From: a virus
UHGV virus genome: UHGV-1805274
DNA length: 15,813 nucleotides
Reading direction: 5' to 3' (one strand)
Shown here: in pieces, positions 1 to 8,924 of the stretch
Layout: each line of letters opens with the position of its first letter
Position numbering within the stretch: the stretch's first letter is position 1
The notes under the pieces: model-generated
Databases searched by the model: none
What the model was told of the DNA's origin: nothing
The model's input: the letters and a program-made list of their open reading frames with translations, nothing else
Made by a program: the position numbers and the translations under genes

Positions 1-576
1 CCGCCACCGCTCCTTCACGGCGTTTGCCGCCGCAGTGCCATCTTTTACAGTCTGCCAGACAGAGGACAGCGTATCTCCCAGAGAACCGGTTACAGCAACG
101 GCCTGTGCCGGTACGGCTGCACTGGTGTCTGTCTCTGCGTCCGGGGCTGTATCCTGCAACGACGGATAAACGGTAACGGTGAACGCGTAATAATTCAGTT
201 CATCCGCTTTAGTGCGGCATTCCCATGAATCCACCATGACGTCCACAGTGCCGAAATCAGGATGTACCAGCTCACCGCTACCCGGAGCATCAAGAGCATC
301 CATCAGCGCACCCGCTTCATCTCTGGCTGTTTCTGCGTTGCTGTTCAGAATGCAGGCGCTGAATGTACGGGAGCGAAGCTTTTTCCCCAGGTCATTGACG
401 TCGCCGGTATCACGTAACGGGTACTCGCGTTTAACCAGGCGACGTCCGCCAGCCTGTTTTTGCTCCTCGATGACGAGAAACGACACGTTACGGAACGTGC
501 CTTTGCCGGTTGTTTTCCTGCCTCCACCGGTTTTATCCCGGACAGCATTAACGGCATTTAAAGCATTTTCAAACAT
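1..576 (-). CDS. N: DNA circularization protein N-like (Mu gp43 position), N-terminal 192 codons; gene runs off the left edge of the window
   Basis: ATG at 576..574 lies 4 nt downstream of the tape measure stop (583..581). Frame is open to position 1 ([44 protein letters not shown]...). Absent from the ORF track because there is no stop in the window. Function assigned by position after tape measure as in Mu. Confidence 0.55.
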   Translation of the reverse strand, partial: MFENALNAVNAVRDKTGGGRKTTGKGTFRNVSFLVIEEQKQAGGRRLVKREYPLRDTGDVNDLGKKLRSRTFSACILNSNAETARDEAGALMDALDAPGSGELVHPDFGTVDVMVDSWECRTKADELNYYAFTVTVYPSLQDTAPDAETDTSAAVPAQAVAVTGSLGDTLSSVWQTVKDGTAAANAVKERWR

Positions 577-580
577 GGTT

Positions 581-2653
581 TTACCAGCCCGTAATGTAGT
601 TATCGCCCGCGTAAATATTCAGCCCCATACCGTCCTCGGTGACGCGGGAACTGGTCAGACGTAACCCCTCGCCAAGTTCGACGCGCAGCGAGGCTTCCGC
701 ATTCACTTTTTGCTCCTGCGGCTCCTTATCCGGGGCCGTCCATTTCTGATACAGGTCGGTTACAAAACCGCCCAGATACTCCCCGGCGACACTGCCCAGC
801 GTGGCACCGGCAACCGTACCCAGCGGTCCGGCAAGGCTGCCAACGGCACCGCCGAGCCATGCACCGGCTGTACTGCCAATTGCGCCTGCTTTTTCATGGG
901 TTGACGCCTGCTCATCCATCAGGACGGGGGCAAGCTGTAGTGCCCCCATTACCGGGCCACCCAGACGTGACAACGCACGACCGGCACCTTTCCCCATCCA
1001 GCCCAGCGCCCCGGCACCTTTCGTCACAACCCGACCGATCACACTGCCTGAAAGTTTGTTTCCGATACCGGAAAACCACCCGCCAACAGCACGCCCGGCA
1101 TCAGCCAGCTTTCCGACCGTTCCCGTAACCAGTTGCCCGGCAGCACTGCCTGCAAGCCTGCTCAGAAGACCGGATTTACCGGGTAAAGGTAATGGTGCAG
1201 GCCGTGCCGTTACCGGTACGCCGGGTGGGGGTAATGCCAGTACAGGGCGTGGTGCAGGTAATGCCAGCGGCTGTGGCCCGGACAGCAATAACGGCTGGCG
1301 GGGTAACAGCGGGGCCATTCTTCCGCCGCTCCGTACGCGACGACCGCCGCCACTCCTGTAGCCACCAAATCCACGGGGCCAGTTGATGACAAACACACGC
1401 TGAATGCCGATACCCTGCAACAGCGTCTCAGACGTCATGGCATCCGGAACCGGCAGACCTGCCTGCCCACGTTTGCGGTTTCGCATCCAGCGCCACATAC
1501 GACGCCCGGTTTTAAACGGATAACTGGCAACCTGCCATGAGGGTTTTGCCACGGCCCAGCCTGCTCTCAGGGCTTTATTGGCAAGCCAGACAGACACCAG
1601 AACAGCAGCCAGTTTTTTCAGGCTGACAATATTCTGGTCAACCCATGCCAGCGCATCTTTACCCGGTTTCAGCCAGCGCCATAATTCCTGCGCCGCGATT
1701 TTTACCGTTCTGAACGTGGTCAGAAATTTCTGACCAATGTTTTCTGCCAGTGCGTCAAGTTCCCCGGATTTATCCGCCATGTCGTGCCAGTTAAGCACCC
1801 GGCGCATCTCGTTCTTGATTTCTTCAAAGGGGCCGCTGTTTGCCACCTTTATGCGAAATTCAAGCAGGTTGGCTTCCATCTGGGCGAACATCCCGTCCCA
1901 GGAGTTCATCGCACTGGCCTGTGCACCTTTTGACTGTTCTGACAGCGTTCTGAATACCGTCAGAATGGATTTCAGGCCCAGCTTGCCTTTTTCACCTTGT
2001 TTGCGGATATCCTTAACGTCTTTACCCAGTGCATCCGCCAGCGTCTGGTAAACGTTAATACCGTAACCGGTCAGCAGGTTGGCATCCGCCGCTGTGATTT
2101 GCTGGCGGGCAAACATCTGTTTCAGTTGCAGTGAGGCACCCTGTGCAGTGGGTAAATCCCAGCCGTGCATGGCCCCCTGATCCTGCAACATGGTGATGAA
2201 CTGTTTCGTCTGTTCATCCGTCATGCCGAAGCCTTTTGACGAACGGATCTCATCCAGAACACCACTCAGCCCCCACGTGGTGTCCTTCGCGTTCTGCTTT
2301 GCCCAGGCCATCATGGCCTGCGCTCTGACCTTATCGCCGTGATACAGCGAGTTCATGGCGATAATCTGTTGCTCACGCTGGGCGGCTGCACCAATAAACA
2401 GTTTATTGGCGGTGTAACCCACGCCAGCGATACCCAGCGCCCCGGCTGACAGCATTCGGAATGTACGGGTTGACAGAGAACCCATTCTGTCAATGGCACC
2501 AGAAACGCGCACAACCTCCATACGCAGGGCACGAAGGGAACTTTGCCCGCTACGGGACAGGGCGTTTATCTGGTTCGAATACTGGCGGGAACGCCGGGAA
2601 AGATTGCCATTAAGATCAATAATGACAGACGCCTTTAAGCGTTTCCCGGTCAT
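581..2653 (-). CDS. Tail tape measure protein (Mu gp42-like), 690 aa
   Basis: Long ORF directly downstream of sheath/tube/chaperone genes. N-terminal helical region, central Pro/Leu/Ala-rich linker and C-terminal glycine-zipper-like Gly/Ala-rich region typical of tape measure proteins. SD AGGAAA 7 nt upstream of the ATG. Confidence 0.85.
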   Translation of the reverse strand: MTGKRLKASVIIDLNGNLSRRSRQYSNQINALSRSGQSSLRALRMEVVRVSGAIDRMGSLSTRTFRMLSAGALGIAGVGYTANKLFIGAAAQREQQIIAMNSLYHGDKVRAQAMMAWAKQNAKDTTWGLSGVLDEIRSSKGFGMTDEQTKQFITMLQDQGAMHGWDLPTAQGASLQLKQMFARQQITAADANLLTGYGINVYQTLADALGKDVKDIRKQGEKGKLGLKSILTVFRTLSEQSKGAQASAMNSWDGMFAQMEANLLEFRIKVANSGPFEEIKNEMRRVLNWHDMADKSGELDALAENIGQKFLTTFRTVKIAAQELWRWLKPGKDALAWVDQNIVSLKKLAAVLVSVWLANKALRAGWAVAKPSWQVASYPFKTGRRMWRWMRNRKRGQAGLPVPDAMTSETLLQGIGIQRVFVINWPRGFGGYRSGGGRRVRSGGRMAPLLPRQPLLLSGPQPLALPAPRPVLALPPPGVPVTARPAPLPLPGKSGLLSRLAGSAAGQLVTGTVGKLADAGRAVGGWFSGIGNKLSGSVIGRVVTKGAGALGWMGKGAGRALSRLGGPVMGALQLAPVLMDEQASTHEKAGAIGSTAGAWLGGAVGSLAGPLGTVAGATLGSVAGEYLGGFVTDLYQKWTAPDKEPQEQKVNAEASLRVELGEGLRLTSSRVTEDGMGLNIYAGDNYITGW

Positions 2654-2797
2654 AGAGATTTCCTGATTTAACGGTGATATTGAGAGAGGGTTTTAGCCTG
2701 CTGGCAGTGCCGGAAAAAGCGGGACAGCGGGAGAGACAAGGCCCATTCCGGGCCACTTTTCAGAATAACGCCAATCGCTGTCGCCGCTTTCTCAATA

Positions 2798-3232
2798 TCA
2801 TTCCGGCACCGCAGCCACTCGCCCCCGTTCTTGTGTCAGCGATGCTGCCACAGCCATGTCGTACATTTCTGTAGCCAGCGACAGACGCTGGAAGTCATCA
2901 ACAGACAGCTTGCGCATCAGCGCCAGCGATAACGGGCCTTTGATGCAACCCACGCTGGCAATCTGTCGGCGCAGCATTTCCAGTCCCATCCGGGACGGGG
3001 AACTGACCAGCACCGGGCCTTCCTTGCTCATTACCAGCTTTTCAGCAGCCGCCTGGGCATCAATCAGATCGCCTGCGGTCAGTTCACGCAGCGTCACGTC
3101 ATACTGCATTTCAGTCTCGTCACCGGTGCCGAACGGCAGGCCGTCTTTCAGTTTCAGCACGCCGGACTGAATTTCTGCCACAATGCTGTCATGCAGTTCC
3201 TGTGCTTCAGGACCTAAATTCATTTCGTCCAT
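2798..3232 (-). CDS. Tail assembly chaperone-like protein (Mu gp41 position), 144 aa
   Basis: ORF located between tail tube and tape measure genes, the conserved position of tail assembly chaperones (lambda G, P2 E). Acidic protein. Function is positional inference. Confidence 0.6.
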   Translation of the reverse strand: MDEMNLGPEAQELHDSIVAEIQSGVLKLKDGLPFGTGDETEMQYDVTLRELTAGDLIDAQAAAEKLVMSKEGPVLVSSPSRMGLEMLRRQIASVGCIKGPLSLALMRKLSVDDFQRLSLATEMYDMAVAASLTQERGRVAAVPE

Positions 3233-3241
3233 TGTTTCCCC

Positions 3242-3598
3242 TTATGCAATGCGTTTGCTTTGTTTTGCCATCAGTACCAGCGAAATTTCGCCGCCGTCGT
3301 TTTTCGGTTCATCTGCCTGCCAGGCATTCGCCATCATCCAGGTTTCACCGGTGTCTGCCTGAAACTCTGCTGTGATGTTTTCCCAGCCGATGATTTCATC
3401 CAGACCGATATCACCACCGCCCGGAATTTTGCATTCCAGCTTTGCGGCACGTGGTTTACCTTTCCAGCCATAAACCCGCGAGCCGGTCACTTCTTCACGG
3501 GTGATGCCGGAAGGTGTGAAGGAGGCCCCTTCCATCGTTTCAAGCTCCATGCCATTGACACGGATGAACGCCACCCCCTGACGCTGATTTCCAGCCAT
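3242..3598 (-). CDS. M: Tail tube protein (Mu M / gp40-like), 118 aa
   Basis: 118-aa ORF immediately downstream of the sheath gene. Size and position match Mu tail tube protein. Confidence 0.8.
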   Translation of the reverse strand: MAGNQRQGVAFIRVNGMELETMEGASFTPSGITREEVTGSRVYGWKGKPRAAKLECKIPGGGDIGLDEIIGWENITAEFQADTGETWMMANAWQADEPKNDGGEISLVLMAKQSKRIA

Positions 3599-3607
3599 AA
3601 ATGCTCC

Positions 3608-5095
3608 TTACAGAATGAACTGAACTTGTGCCGCGAAAATGCGGAACTGGTTAATCAGATTCGGGCCGCACAGCACATCAAGACGGTCTTTGTCGTCCTT
3701 GTTACGTGCCACATACAGCTCCTCTTTGAACGTGTCGAAATCCTCGACCAGTCCGGCGTTTTCCCATTCTTCAAACAGTGCCAGCAGCTCCGTTTTGATC
3801 ACGGATGGCGTCACCACGGCCTGACCGGTGGCAAAGCGGGTGCCATCACTTGCCAGCTTGTAGTTCGGGAATTTCTGCGTGATGCGGGTTCGCAGCGAAT
3901 AACGCAGATAACTCAGCGTGGCGATGGTATTCACGTTCAGATAAGACGGATCGCTGTCACCGTACTTGTTTGTGCGGTACATCGTGATCATGCGTTCAAT
4001 CTGCATTTCACCACCATCATTCACGTTAAACGTGGAGATGCCGTCAAACAGCAGCGCATTACGTTCTGACCAGGTGAAACGATCCCCCACCGCAGGCGGC
4101 ATTCTTCCGGGCAACGTCAGCGTCTGGAGTGGACGCGCCGGGTCGATGGAAAGCGCCTGGCTGGCAACGGCACACAGGGTGGCGGCGTACAGATATGACG
4201 GTTCCGGTGCACCGGCAATCCCCATACAGGAAATCAGATGGTCATTACGGCTGACACCAAACGTGGAAATATCCCCATACGTGCCGGACAGCACTGTCAC
4301 GGCAAAGCCATCAGCCTGATTGACTGGTCCCCAGCGTTCCTGCAATTCAGTGCGTAACAGATTCAGGTTCGGTTCATCGGTATAGGGCATCACAATATAT
4401 TTGTATTGCAGATCGCCCATTCCCGCGATACTTGCGCTGATATCCGGGTTGCTGTTTTTCCCGGATGCGGCTTTGAATGCCGTGATAATCCCGTAAGGGG
4501 TGGTTTCACCCGCGTAATAGTTCCAGCGCACGTCCACGGCAGATAATGCACCCGTAAATTTTGCACTCAGAACCACATCTGCATGGGTGTCATCATCCCC
4601 GCTGTCTGCGCGAACTTCTGCCGTCACCGGTAAATCAGGCTGGCCTTTGATTCGGGCAACCAGCAGGTCAGCCAGCGCCGCTCCCGTTGCACCTGCTGCG
4701 ACAGATACCGCCAGTCGCTGACCGGCAATGTAAGTCACAAGCGAGCCGTTTTCGCCTGCCGTTCCTGACAGTGAAATTTCACCGCCAGCAGCATTACCGG
4801 TGCCGTTCCCCTGCGGAATACACCACAGCTCCGCCACGCGGTTAGCGTTCAGGAATGCATCTGCCATCAGTGCCAGCATGGAACCCTGACCAAACGCCGC
4901 ACAGGCCTGTGAGCCGGAACGGATACGGACAGGCACGTTTGGTGCCGCACTGGCTTTACTTCCGCTTTGCCCGAACATCAGCACGCGCTGACGGGGTGCC
5001 GGTGTTCCGCTGACGGCATTACTGTTATCAAATTCGATATACGTCAGAGGAACGCGAACATCTGACGGGATCGCGTTAAATGAAATATCGCTCAT
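3608..5095 (-). CDS. L: Contractile tail sheath protein (Mu L / gp39-like), 495 aa
   Basis: 495-aa ORF, same length as Mu sheath protein as I recall it. Precedes tube gene. Start ATG overlaps stop of upstream small gene (ATGA). Confidence 0.88.
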   Translation of the reverse strand: MSDISFNAIPSDVRVPLTYIEFDNSNAVSGTPAPRQRVLMFGQSGSKASAAPNVPVRIRSGSQACAAFGQGSMLALMADAFLNANRVAELWCIPQGNGTGNAAGGEISLSGTAGENGSLVTYIAGQRLAVSVAAGATGAALADLLVARIKGQPDLPVTAEVRADSGDDDTHADVVLSAKFTGALSAVDVRWNYYAGETTPYGIITAFKAASGKNSNPDISASIAGMGDLQYKYIVMPYTDEPNLNLLRTELQERWGPVNQADGFAVTVLSGTYGDISTFGVSRNDHLISCMGIAGAPEPSYLYAATLCAVASQALSIDPARPLQTLTLPGRMPPAVGDRFTWSERNALLFDGISTFNVNDGGEMQIERMITMYRTNKYGDSDPSYLNVNTIATLSYLRYSLRTRITQKFPNYKLASDGTRFATGQAVVTPSVIKTELLALFEEWENAGLVEDFDTFKEELYVARNKDDKDRLDVLCGPNLINQFRIFAAQVQFIL

Positions 5096-5298
5096 TTCGA
5101 TTTACTCCGTTTTTTCGGCGTAGCGTCGGTATCATCCGCCGTGTTTTCAGTGCTCCCGACTTCAACCACATCACCGGCTGCAAGGCGACGTATCCAGAAA
5201 CTGTTACGGGGCTTTTCTTCTCCCTCCGGAGCCAGTAATTTCATCGTGAGCGGGTCACGGATGGCTTTTCCCGCTGCGGGTTTAATTTTCAGCATCAT
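5092..5298 (-). CDS. Small basic phage protein (Mu gp38 position), 68 aa
   Basis: Short ORF with Lys-rich C-terminus, coupled to the sheath gene start by ATGA overlap. Function unknown. Confidence 0.6.
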   Translation of the reverse strand: MMLKIKPAAGKAIRDPLTMKLLAPEGEEKPRNSFWIRRLAAGDVVEVGSTENTADDTDATPKKRSKSK

Positions 5299-5830
5299 GA
5301 TCCTTTTCCTGATTCACATTGATATGTGCGGCAAATTCCGGGGTTTCGTCCGGGAATTTCCAGGTCTGCCAGTGACGCTCGTAATCATCCAGCGAATCCA
5401 TGTCCACCACGGACGGCAGCGGGGTAGTGCCACTGAACAGAACGCCGTAAAGCACCACACCGGCATTGATACGGTTGTCGTCACAAAGATTTCTGACCTG
5501 CGTCAGTCTCATCCCGGTGGTCGGGCCAAACGTCTGACCGTTAACACCGGCAATCAGTCGCTCCACAATCTGATAAATACCGGGCCGGTTTACCTGTTCC
5601 CCGTTCAGCAACTCCGCCACGACAAAAAATGCCCAGCGACTTTCAACTTCCCGACGCGTACGCCCCTCACCACAGCCCATCCATGCCAGAAATACCGATG
5701 GCGGGGCCAGAAAGAGACGGTGCACATCCTCGTTAGTCCATGTGCCGGTAAGGGGTTCCACCTGCCGCAGGGTTGCCCCAAACAACTCACGAACGCGCGC
5801 CAGCAGTGCGGCTTCGGTTTCTTCCAGCAT
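5282..5830 (-). CDS. Head-tail joining/neck protein (Mu gp37 position), 182 aa
   Basis: ORF in the head-completion gene block between major head and sheath. Start overlaps upstream stop. Function is positional. Confidence 0.65.
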   Translation of the reverse strand: MLEETEAALLARVRELFGATLRQVEPLTGTWTNEDVHRLFLAPPSVFLAWMGCGEGRTRREVESRWAFFVVAELLNGEQVNRPGIYQIVERLIAGVNGQTFGPTTGMRLTQVRNLCDDNRINAGVVLYGVLFSGTTPLPSVVDMDSLDDYERHWQTWKFPDETPEFAAHINVNQEKDHDAEN

Positions 5831-6255
5831 CAGATAAACCCCTTCTGTTTTCGTGAGAAGACCGGCGCGTCAGACTGCACCTGCACAAGGTTTTCACCAT
5901 CCGGCGAGGCTGCCGTCCTGCTTTCCACGCCGGGATCTGTTTTGCCATCGCGCACCTGTTCCAGCCAGCGCACAGTGTCCCTGTAGGCAGCGGTGATCTG
6001 CTCGGTGGGTTGTGATTCATTCAGATAAAACCAGGCCACCACGCAACACTGCCGTTTCAGCAGTGAGGGGACGACGGTAAGCGGCAGAACAAAGCGCGCG
6101 GCGAGATAGCCATCAATAAAGGCCGAGGCATCTGCCAGTGCCTGTTCTGCCACGGCATCATCCGGCTGCCCGTCCGCTGTTTTAGGGCGGGTGAGAATAT
6201 CCAGCCGCGTACGTGTATAGCGGGCGCACAAGTCATTTACCGTCGCGTAATTCAT
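5830..6255 (-). CDS. Head completion/neck protein (Mu gp36 position), 141 aa
   Basis: ORF coupled by ATGA overlap to upstream gene (stop 6252..6254, start 6255). Function is positional. Confidence 0.65.
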   Translation of the reverse strand: MNYATVNDLCARYTRTRLDILTRPKTADGQPDDAVAEQALADASAFIDGYLAARFVLPLTVVPSLLKRQCCVVAWFYLNESQPTEQITAAYRDTVRWLEQVRDGKTDPGVESRTAASPDGENLVQVQSDAPVFSRKQKGFI

Positions 6256-6662
6256 GCATCCGCCTCAGCCAGCGCCGCTTTGATTTGCGCACTGCTCACC
6301 GGTTCCCCCAGCGCCGCACTGACGGCTTTCACTTTGGGTTCTCCCCCTGCGGTAAAGTGCTCCGGATTTGCCTTATCCAGACCGGCAACGGTCGCACGGA
6401 TACGGGTATTCAGATCGCCCACACCCAGAACGTCCAGCCCCCCAGCCTCAGCGAGCGTTTCTGCTGCCGTTGTCGATACAACAGACAGCACGCTGTCGGC
6501 ACGGATAATCGCCAGTTGTTCTTCGGTGACTTCCACGGTGTTTTCGCCACGTGTAAAGGCGATTCCGGCGCGGCGGTAGACCGGACGAAGGCATTTAATA
6601 ATCGCCGTGCAAGTGATGCGAGAAGTGTCCAGCCATTGTGAATTAAGCGAAGTGCCTGACAT
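6252..6662 (-). CDS. Phage head-associated protein (Mu gp35 position), 136 aa
   Basis: ORF with strong SD (AAGGAGGA) upstream of the ATG at 6662. Directly downstream of major head gene and its terminator hairpin. Confidence 0.65.
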   Translation of the reverse strand: MSGTSLNSQWLDTSRITCTAIIKCLRPVYRRAGIAFTRGENTVEVTEEQLAIIRADSVLSVVSTTAAETLAEAGGLDVLGVGDLNTRIRATVAGLDKANPEHFTAGGEPKVKAVSAALGEPVSSAQIKAALAEADA

Positions 6663-6696
6663 AACACATGCTCCTCCTTTTCCTTTAAATCAGGTT

Positions 6697-6720
6697 AAAA
6701 GGCGGTCTGAACCGCCTTTT
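6697..6720 (-). terminator. Rho-independent terminator/attenuator hairpin immediately downstream of the major head gene
   Basis: Perfect inverted repeat AAAAGGCGG-(TCTGAA loop)-CCGCCTTTT on plus strand 6697..6720. On the transcribed minus strand it reads as a GC-rich stem followed by TTTTAACCTGATTT, 9 nt after the T stop codon (6731..6729). Its A/T flanks on both sides make it potentially bidirectional. Confidence 0.55.
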
Positions 6721-6728
6721 AATGACGG

Positions 6729-7646
6729 TTACAGGTAGTCAGCGACAACCAGTTGCAGCTTGCCCTTCATCTCGTTGGAGACGGTGGTATTGCCATCCGC
6801 GAACAGTTCACGGTTAAGCAGTTGCTCTGCGGCTTTTTCCAGCCCGACCGGTACAACGATATGCGTCGGCTTCAGGCCCAGTTTCTTACCGCCATCACCT
6901 TCAAAAGAGCGCATCAGTTGCCAGCCCTTCCAGAGGTTATCCAGCGTCAGATCGCCTTTTACCGCGACAGCCATCTGCCAGAAGCCGTAACCGGCAGCAC
7001 GCCGGGCGCTGGCACCAAACAGGAACTCGTTATCCATAAAAACGTGGTCGTCATCGATACGGGTACGTGCGACCAGTTCCGGTTTGCGGCGCTCCTGGAA
7101 AATCAGCGGTTTGACTGCGCGGGAGCAGTCCAGCAGATAGAATGGCAGACCGCTGAAGCTGTCCTGCTCAACGATGTTGGAGGTATTAACCGCGCTGCCC
7201 GTGCCATCCACAGTCGGATATACCGGATGCTCCTTGTCGAAGAAGTTCTGACCGTCATAGCAGGGCTGGGTAAAGCCATCTTTCAGAAGTTTAAAAATCA
7301 GCTCATCCGGCTGAACTGCCGCAGAACGGCCCATCTCCTGAAAAATCGGCGCATAAATACCCAGATTGTCATCCTCGAAGTCATCACGGGAAATACCCAC
7401 GGTGCCTTCAAACGTTTTATTGGCGATGGAGTAGCCATGCGCTTCCATTTGCTGAATGGTTCGCTTACCCACCCATTCTTTCAGGGTCGGGAATTTACCC
7501 AGCCAGCCATAGGTATTACTGCGGGTGGAAGAGTTCACCACCATTGCAATTTTGTTGTACTGCGACGTGGCGTCTTCAAGACCGCCCTGAAAATCCTTAC
7601 GCCAGGAGGTCATCAGGGCTTTAATGGATGCCGGGGTGACAATCAT
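6729..7646 (-). CDS. T: Major head (capsid) subunit (Mu T / gp34-like), 305 aa
   Basis: 305-aa ORF following the protease/scaffold gene. SD CAGGAAC 7 nt upstream. ATGA overlap with the I stop. Followed by terminator hairpin as is common for major capsid genes. Confidence 0.88.
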   Translation of the reverse strand: MIVTPASIKALMTSWRKDFQGGLEDATSQYNKIAMVVNSSTRSNTYGWLGKFPTLKEWVGKRTIQQMEAHGYSIANKTFEGTVGISRDDFEDDNLGIYAPIFQEMGRSAAVQPDELIFKLLKDGFTQPCYDGQNFFDKEHPVYPTVDGTGSAVNTSNIVEQDSFSGLPFYLLDCSRAVKPLIFQERRKPELVARTRIDDDHVFMDNEFLFGASARRAAGYGFWQMAVAVKGDLTLDNLWKGWQLMRSFEGDGGKKLGLKPTHIVVPVGLEKAAEQLLNRELFADGNTTVSNEMKGKLQLVVADYL

Positions 7647-8194
7647 TTTTCTTGTTCCTGTTTCATTTTCAGATACTCAGCCTCAGTAATGCCGAGCGCC
7701 TTCACTGCTGCCTGTTCATCAGCAGACAGCACCGCCACCTCCGGTTTTTCCTGCGACGGGATTTTCGCTGTGGTGGTCTGCATGGCAGATAACGCAGCGA
7801 TGGGCTGTTTTTTCTCAAGCTGTGCCGACAGTGCCGCCACGCCAATCTGACCGCCAAGCTGTTCCAGATAGGTACGTTCGCTTTTGAAAATGCGGCCTTC
7901 CTGTTCCGCCTTGTCCAGAACGGCGCTCAGGCTGGCTGTGGCGCTTTGTGCAGTCGCCTGTGCCAGTTCATCACGCAGGGCGTTGTAGCTTTCCACAGGG
8001 ACGTATTTCGTCAGGTCAACGGCGGCTTTCTGTGCCTTTTCCAGTTCGGCGGATAACGACGCCACTTTTCCGGCATCTGTTTCGAGCGCATCAAGCGCAC
8101 TCAGGGCCGCGCTGGCCTGTTCATCGGTGATGTCTGCATTTTCGGGGACAGTCACCCCAAGACGCGCAAGCAGCTTGCGCAGCGTTTCATTCAT
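7643..8194 (-). CDS. Z: Putative nested scaffold protein (Mu Z-like) from in-frame internal start within I, about 183 aa
   Basis: Internal in-frame ATG at 8194..8192 (MNETLRKLLARL...) is preceded by SD AGGAG with a 9-nt spacer. Mu is known to express a scaffold (Z) from within I. Exact internal start is not verified. Confidence 0.35.
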   Translation of the reverse strand: MNETLRKLLARLGVTVPENADITDEQASAALSALDALETDAGKVASLSAELEKAQKAAVDLTKYVPVESYNALRDELAQATAQSATASLSAVLDKAEQEGRIFKSERTYLEQLGGQIGVAALSAQLEKKQPIAALSAMQTTTAKIPSQEKPEVAVLSADEQAAVKALGITEAEYLKMKQEQEK

Positions 8195-8728
8195 GGGTTT
8201 GTTCTCCTGTTGAAGGATGTCGGGAAGGTCTGCCGCCAGTGCGGTCAGCTTTTTCATGCCGGTGGCACCGGGGTCATTGGTCAGCGCAGCAAGGCGGATT
8301 TGCAGCACTGCACCGGTGGCGGTGTCATACGGAAAAACCGCAGAGAGATAACCAAATTCGCCGTCATCGATGCGCTGCTGGGCCGCCGCCGTCCAGCGTG
8401 GGTGGATAAATAACCCTTCACCTTCACGCCACTGCATTTCATCGGCGTTAAACCAGCCAGCCGCGACGAGTTGTTCCGGGGGTAATCCTTTGTCCTTACG
8501 TAGCTGGTTATGCTCGTAATCAATCAGCACGTCCTGGTTGAGCGCGCGAACGCCTTCAACCAGACGCCCGGCAATCTCACCGTCGATGAACCACCCCTGA
8601 CCACCTGTCACATCAAACGGGCGACCATCACGGGCACTGAAATGACCGGCAGGCAATAGCTGGCACCAGCCGTCATCGTCAATGGACAGCGCATTCAGTG
8701 CGGCAATGCCAATCGCGTGTTTTTTCAT
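7643..8728 (-). CDS. I: Head maturation protease/scaffold protein (Mu I / gp32-like), 361 aa
   Basis: 361-aa ORF between G and T with Ala/Glu/Lys-rich helical C-terminal half typical of scaffold domains. Preceded by 196-bp non-coding gap. Confidence 0.82.
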   Translation of the reverse strand: MKKHAIGIAALNALSIDDDGWCQLLPAGHFSARDGRPFDVTGGQGWFIDGEIAGRLVEGVRALNQDVLIDYEHNQLRKDKGLPPEQLVAAGWFNADEMQWREGEGLFIHPRWTAAAQQRIDDGEFGYLSAVFPYDTATGAVLQIRLAALTNDPGATGMKKLTALAADLPDILQQENKPMNETLRKLLARLGVTVPENADITDEQASAALSALDALETDAGKVASLSAELEKAQKAAVDLTKYVPVESYNALRDELAQATAQSATASLSAVLDKAEQEGRIFKSERTYLEQLGGQIGVAALSAQLEKKQPIAALSAMQTTTAKIPSQEKPEVAVLSADEQAAVKALGITEAEYLKMKQEQEK

Positions 8729-8924
8729 GTCCTGCTGCTCATCATGGTTTGTGAGCAGTCAGTTTGCGGGAGGTGCGGGAAAATCTGGGGTTATGCTATT
8801 TGAGTAATGGAGAAAGAAAGTGAAAGGAAGATAAAACGGGATTCATACACCGTTAAATACCGGTTTAAAAATCCCGTGGCGCGTTTTAAAAAATCTGTGC
8901 GGCTGATTTCATGTCTGATTCTGT
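8729..8924 (-). promoter_or_regulatory. Non-coding intergenic region upstream of I; candidate C-dependent late promoter (Mu P_I equivalent)
   Basis: The only large non-coding gap (196 bp) in an otherwise tightly packed operon. It sits exactly where Mu carries late promoter P_I. Contains A/T tracts (GATTTTTTAAAAC and GATTTTTAAAC on minus strand) and a pyrimidine-rich tract. No operator or -10/-35 could be confidently assigned. Confidence 0.4.

Noticed and set aside
212-664. 150-aa plus-strand ORF at the left edge
   Set aside because: Antisense to the N-like gene start (576..1) and the tape measure 3' end. The minus-strand reading is better supported by gene order and coupling.
801-1361. 186-aa plus-strand Pro/Ala-rich ORF
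   Set aside because: It is the antisense reading of the Pro/Gly-rich linker of the tape measure gene; an open frame is expected there by composition alone.
2654-2860. -1 frame as the frameshift target downstream of the chaperone-like gene
   Set aside because: The -1 frame closes after about 13 codons (TGA near 2762), so a classical -1 G/GT-type extension is not supported. Only the +1 frame stays open to the tape measure start.
3260-4069. 269-aa plus-strand ORF antisense to the tail tube and sheath genes
   Set aside because: Lies wholly inside well-supported minus-strand genes. Translation is Cys/His/Arg/Phe-rich and low-complexity, with no SD and no domain-like features. Typical antisense ORF of GC-rich coding DNA.
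5141-5986. 281-aa plus-strand ORF antisense to the gp38-, gp37- and gp36-like genes
   Set aside because: Spans three tightly coupled minus-strand genes in antisense. Composition looks like frame-shifted junk.
6753-7850. 365-aa plus-strand ORF antisense to the major head (T) and I genes
   Set aside because: Antisense to the best-supported genes in the window. Arg/Cys/Phe-rich translation with no recognisable motifs.
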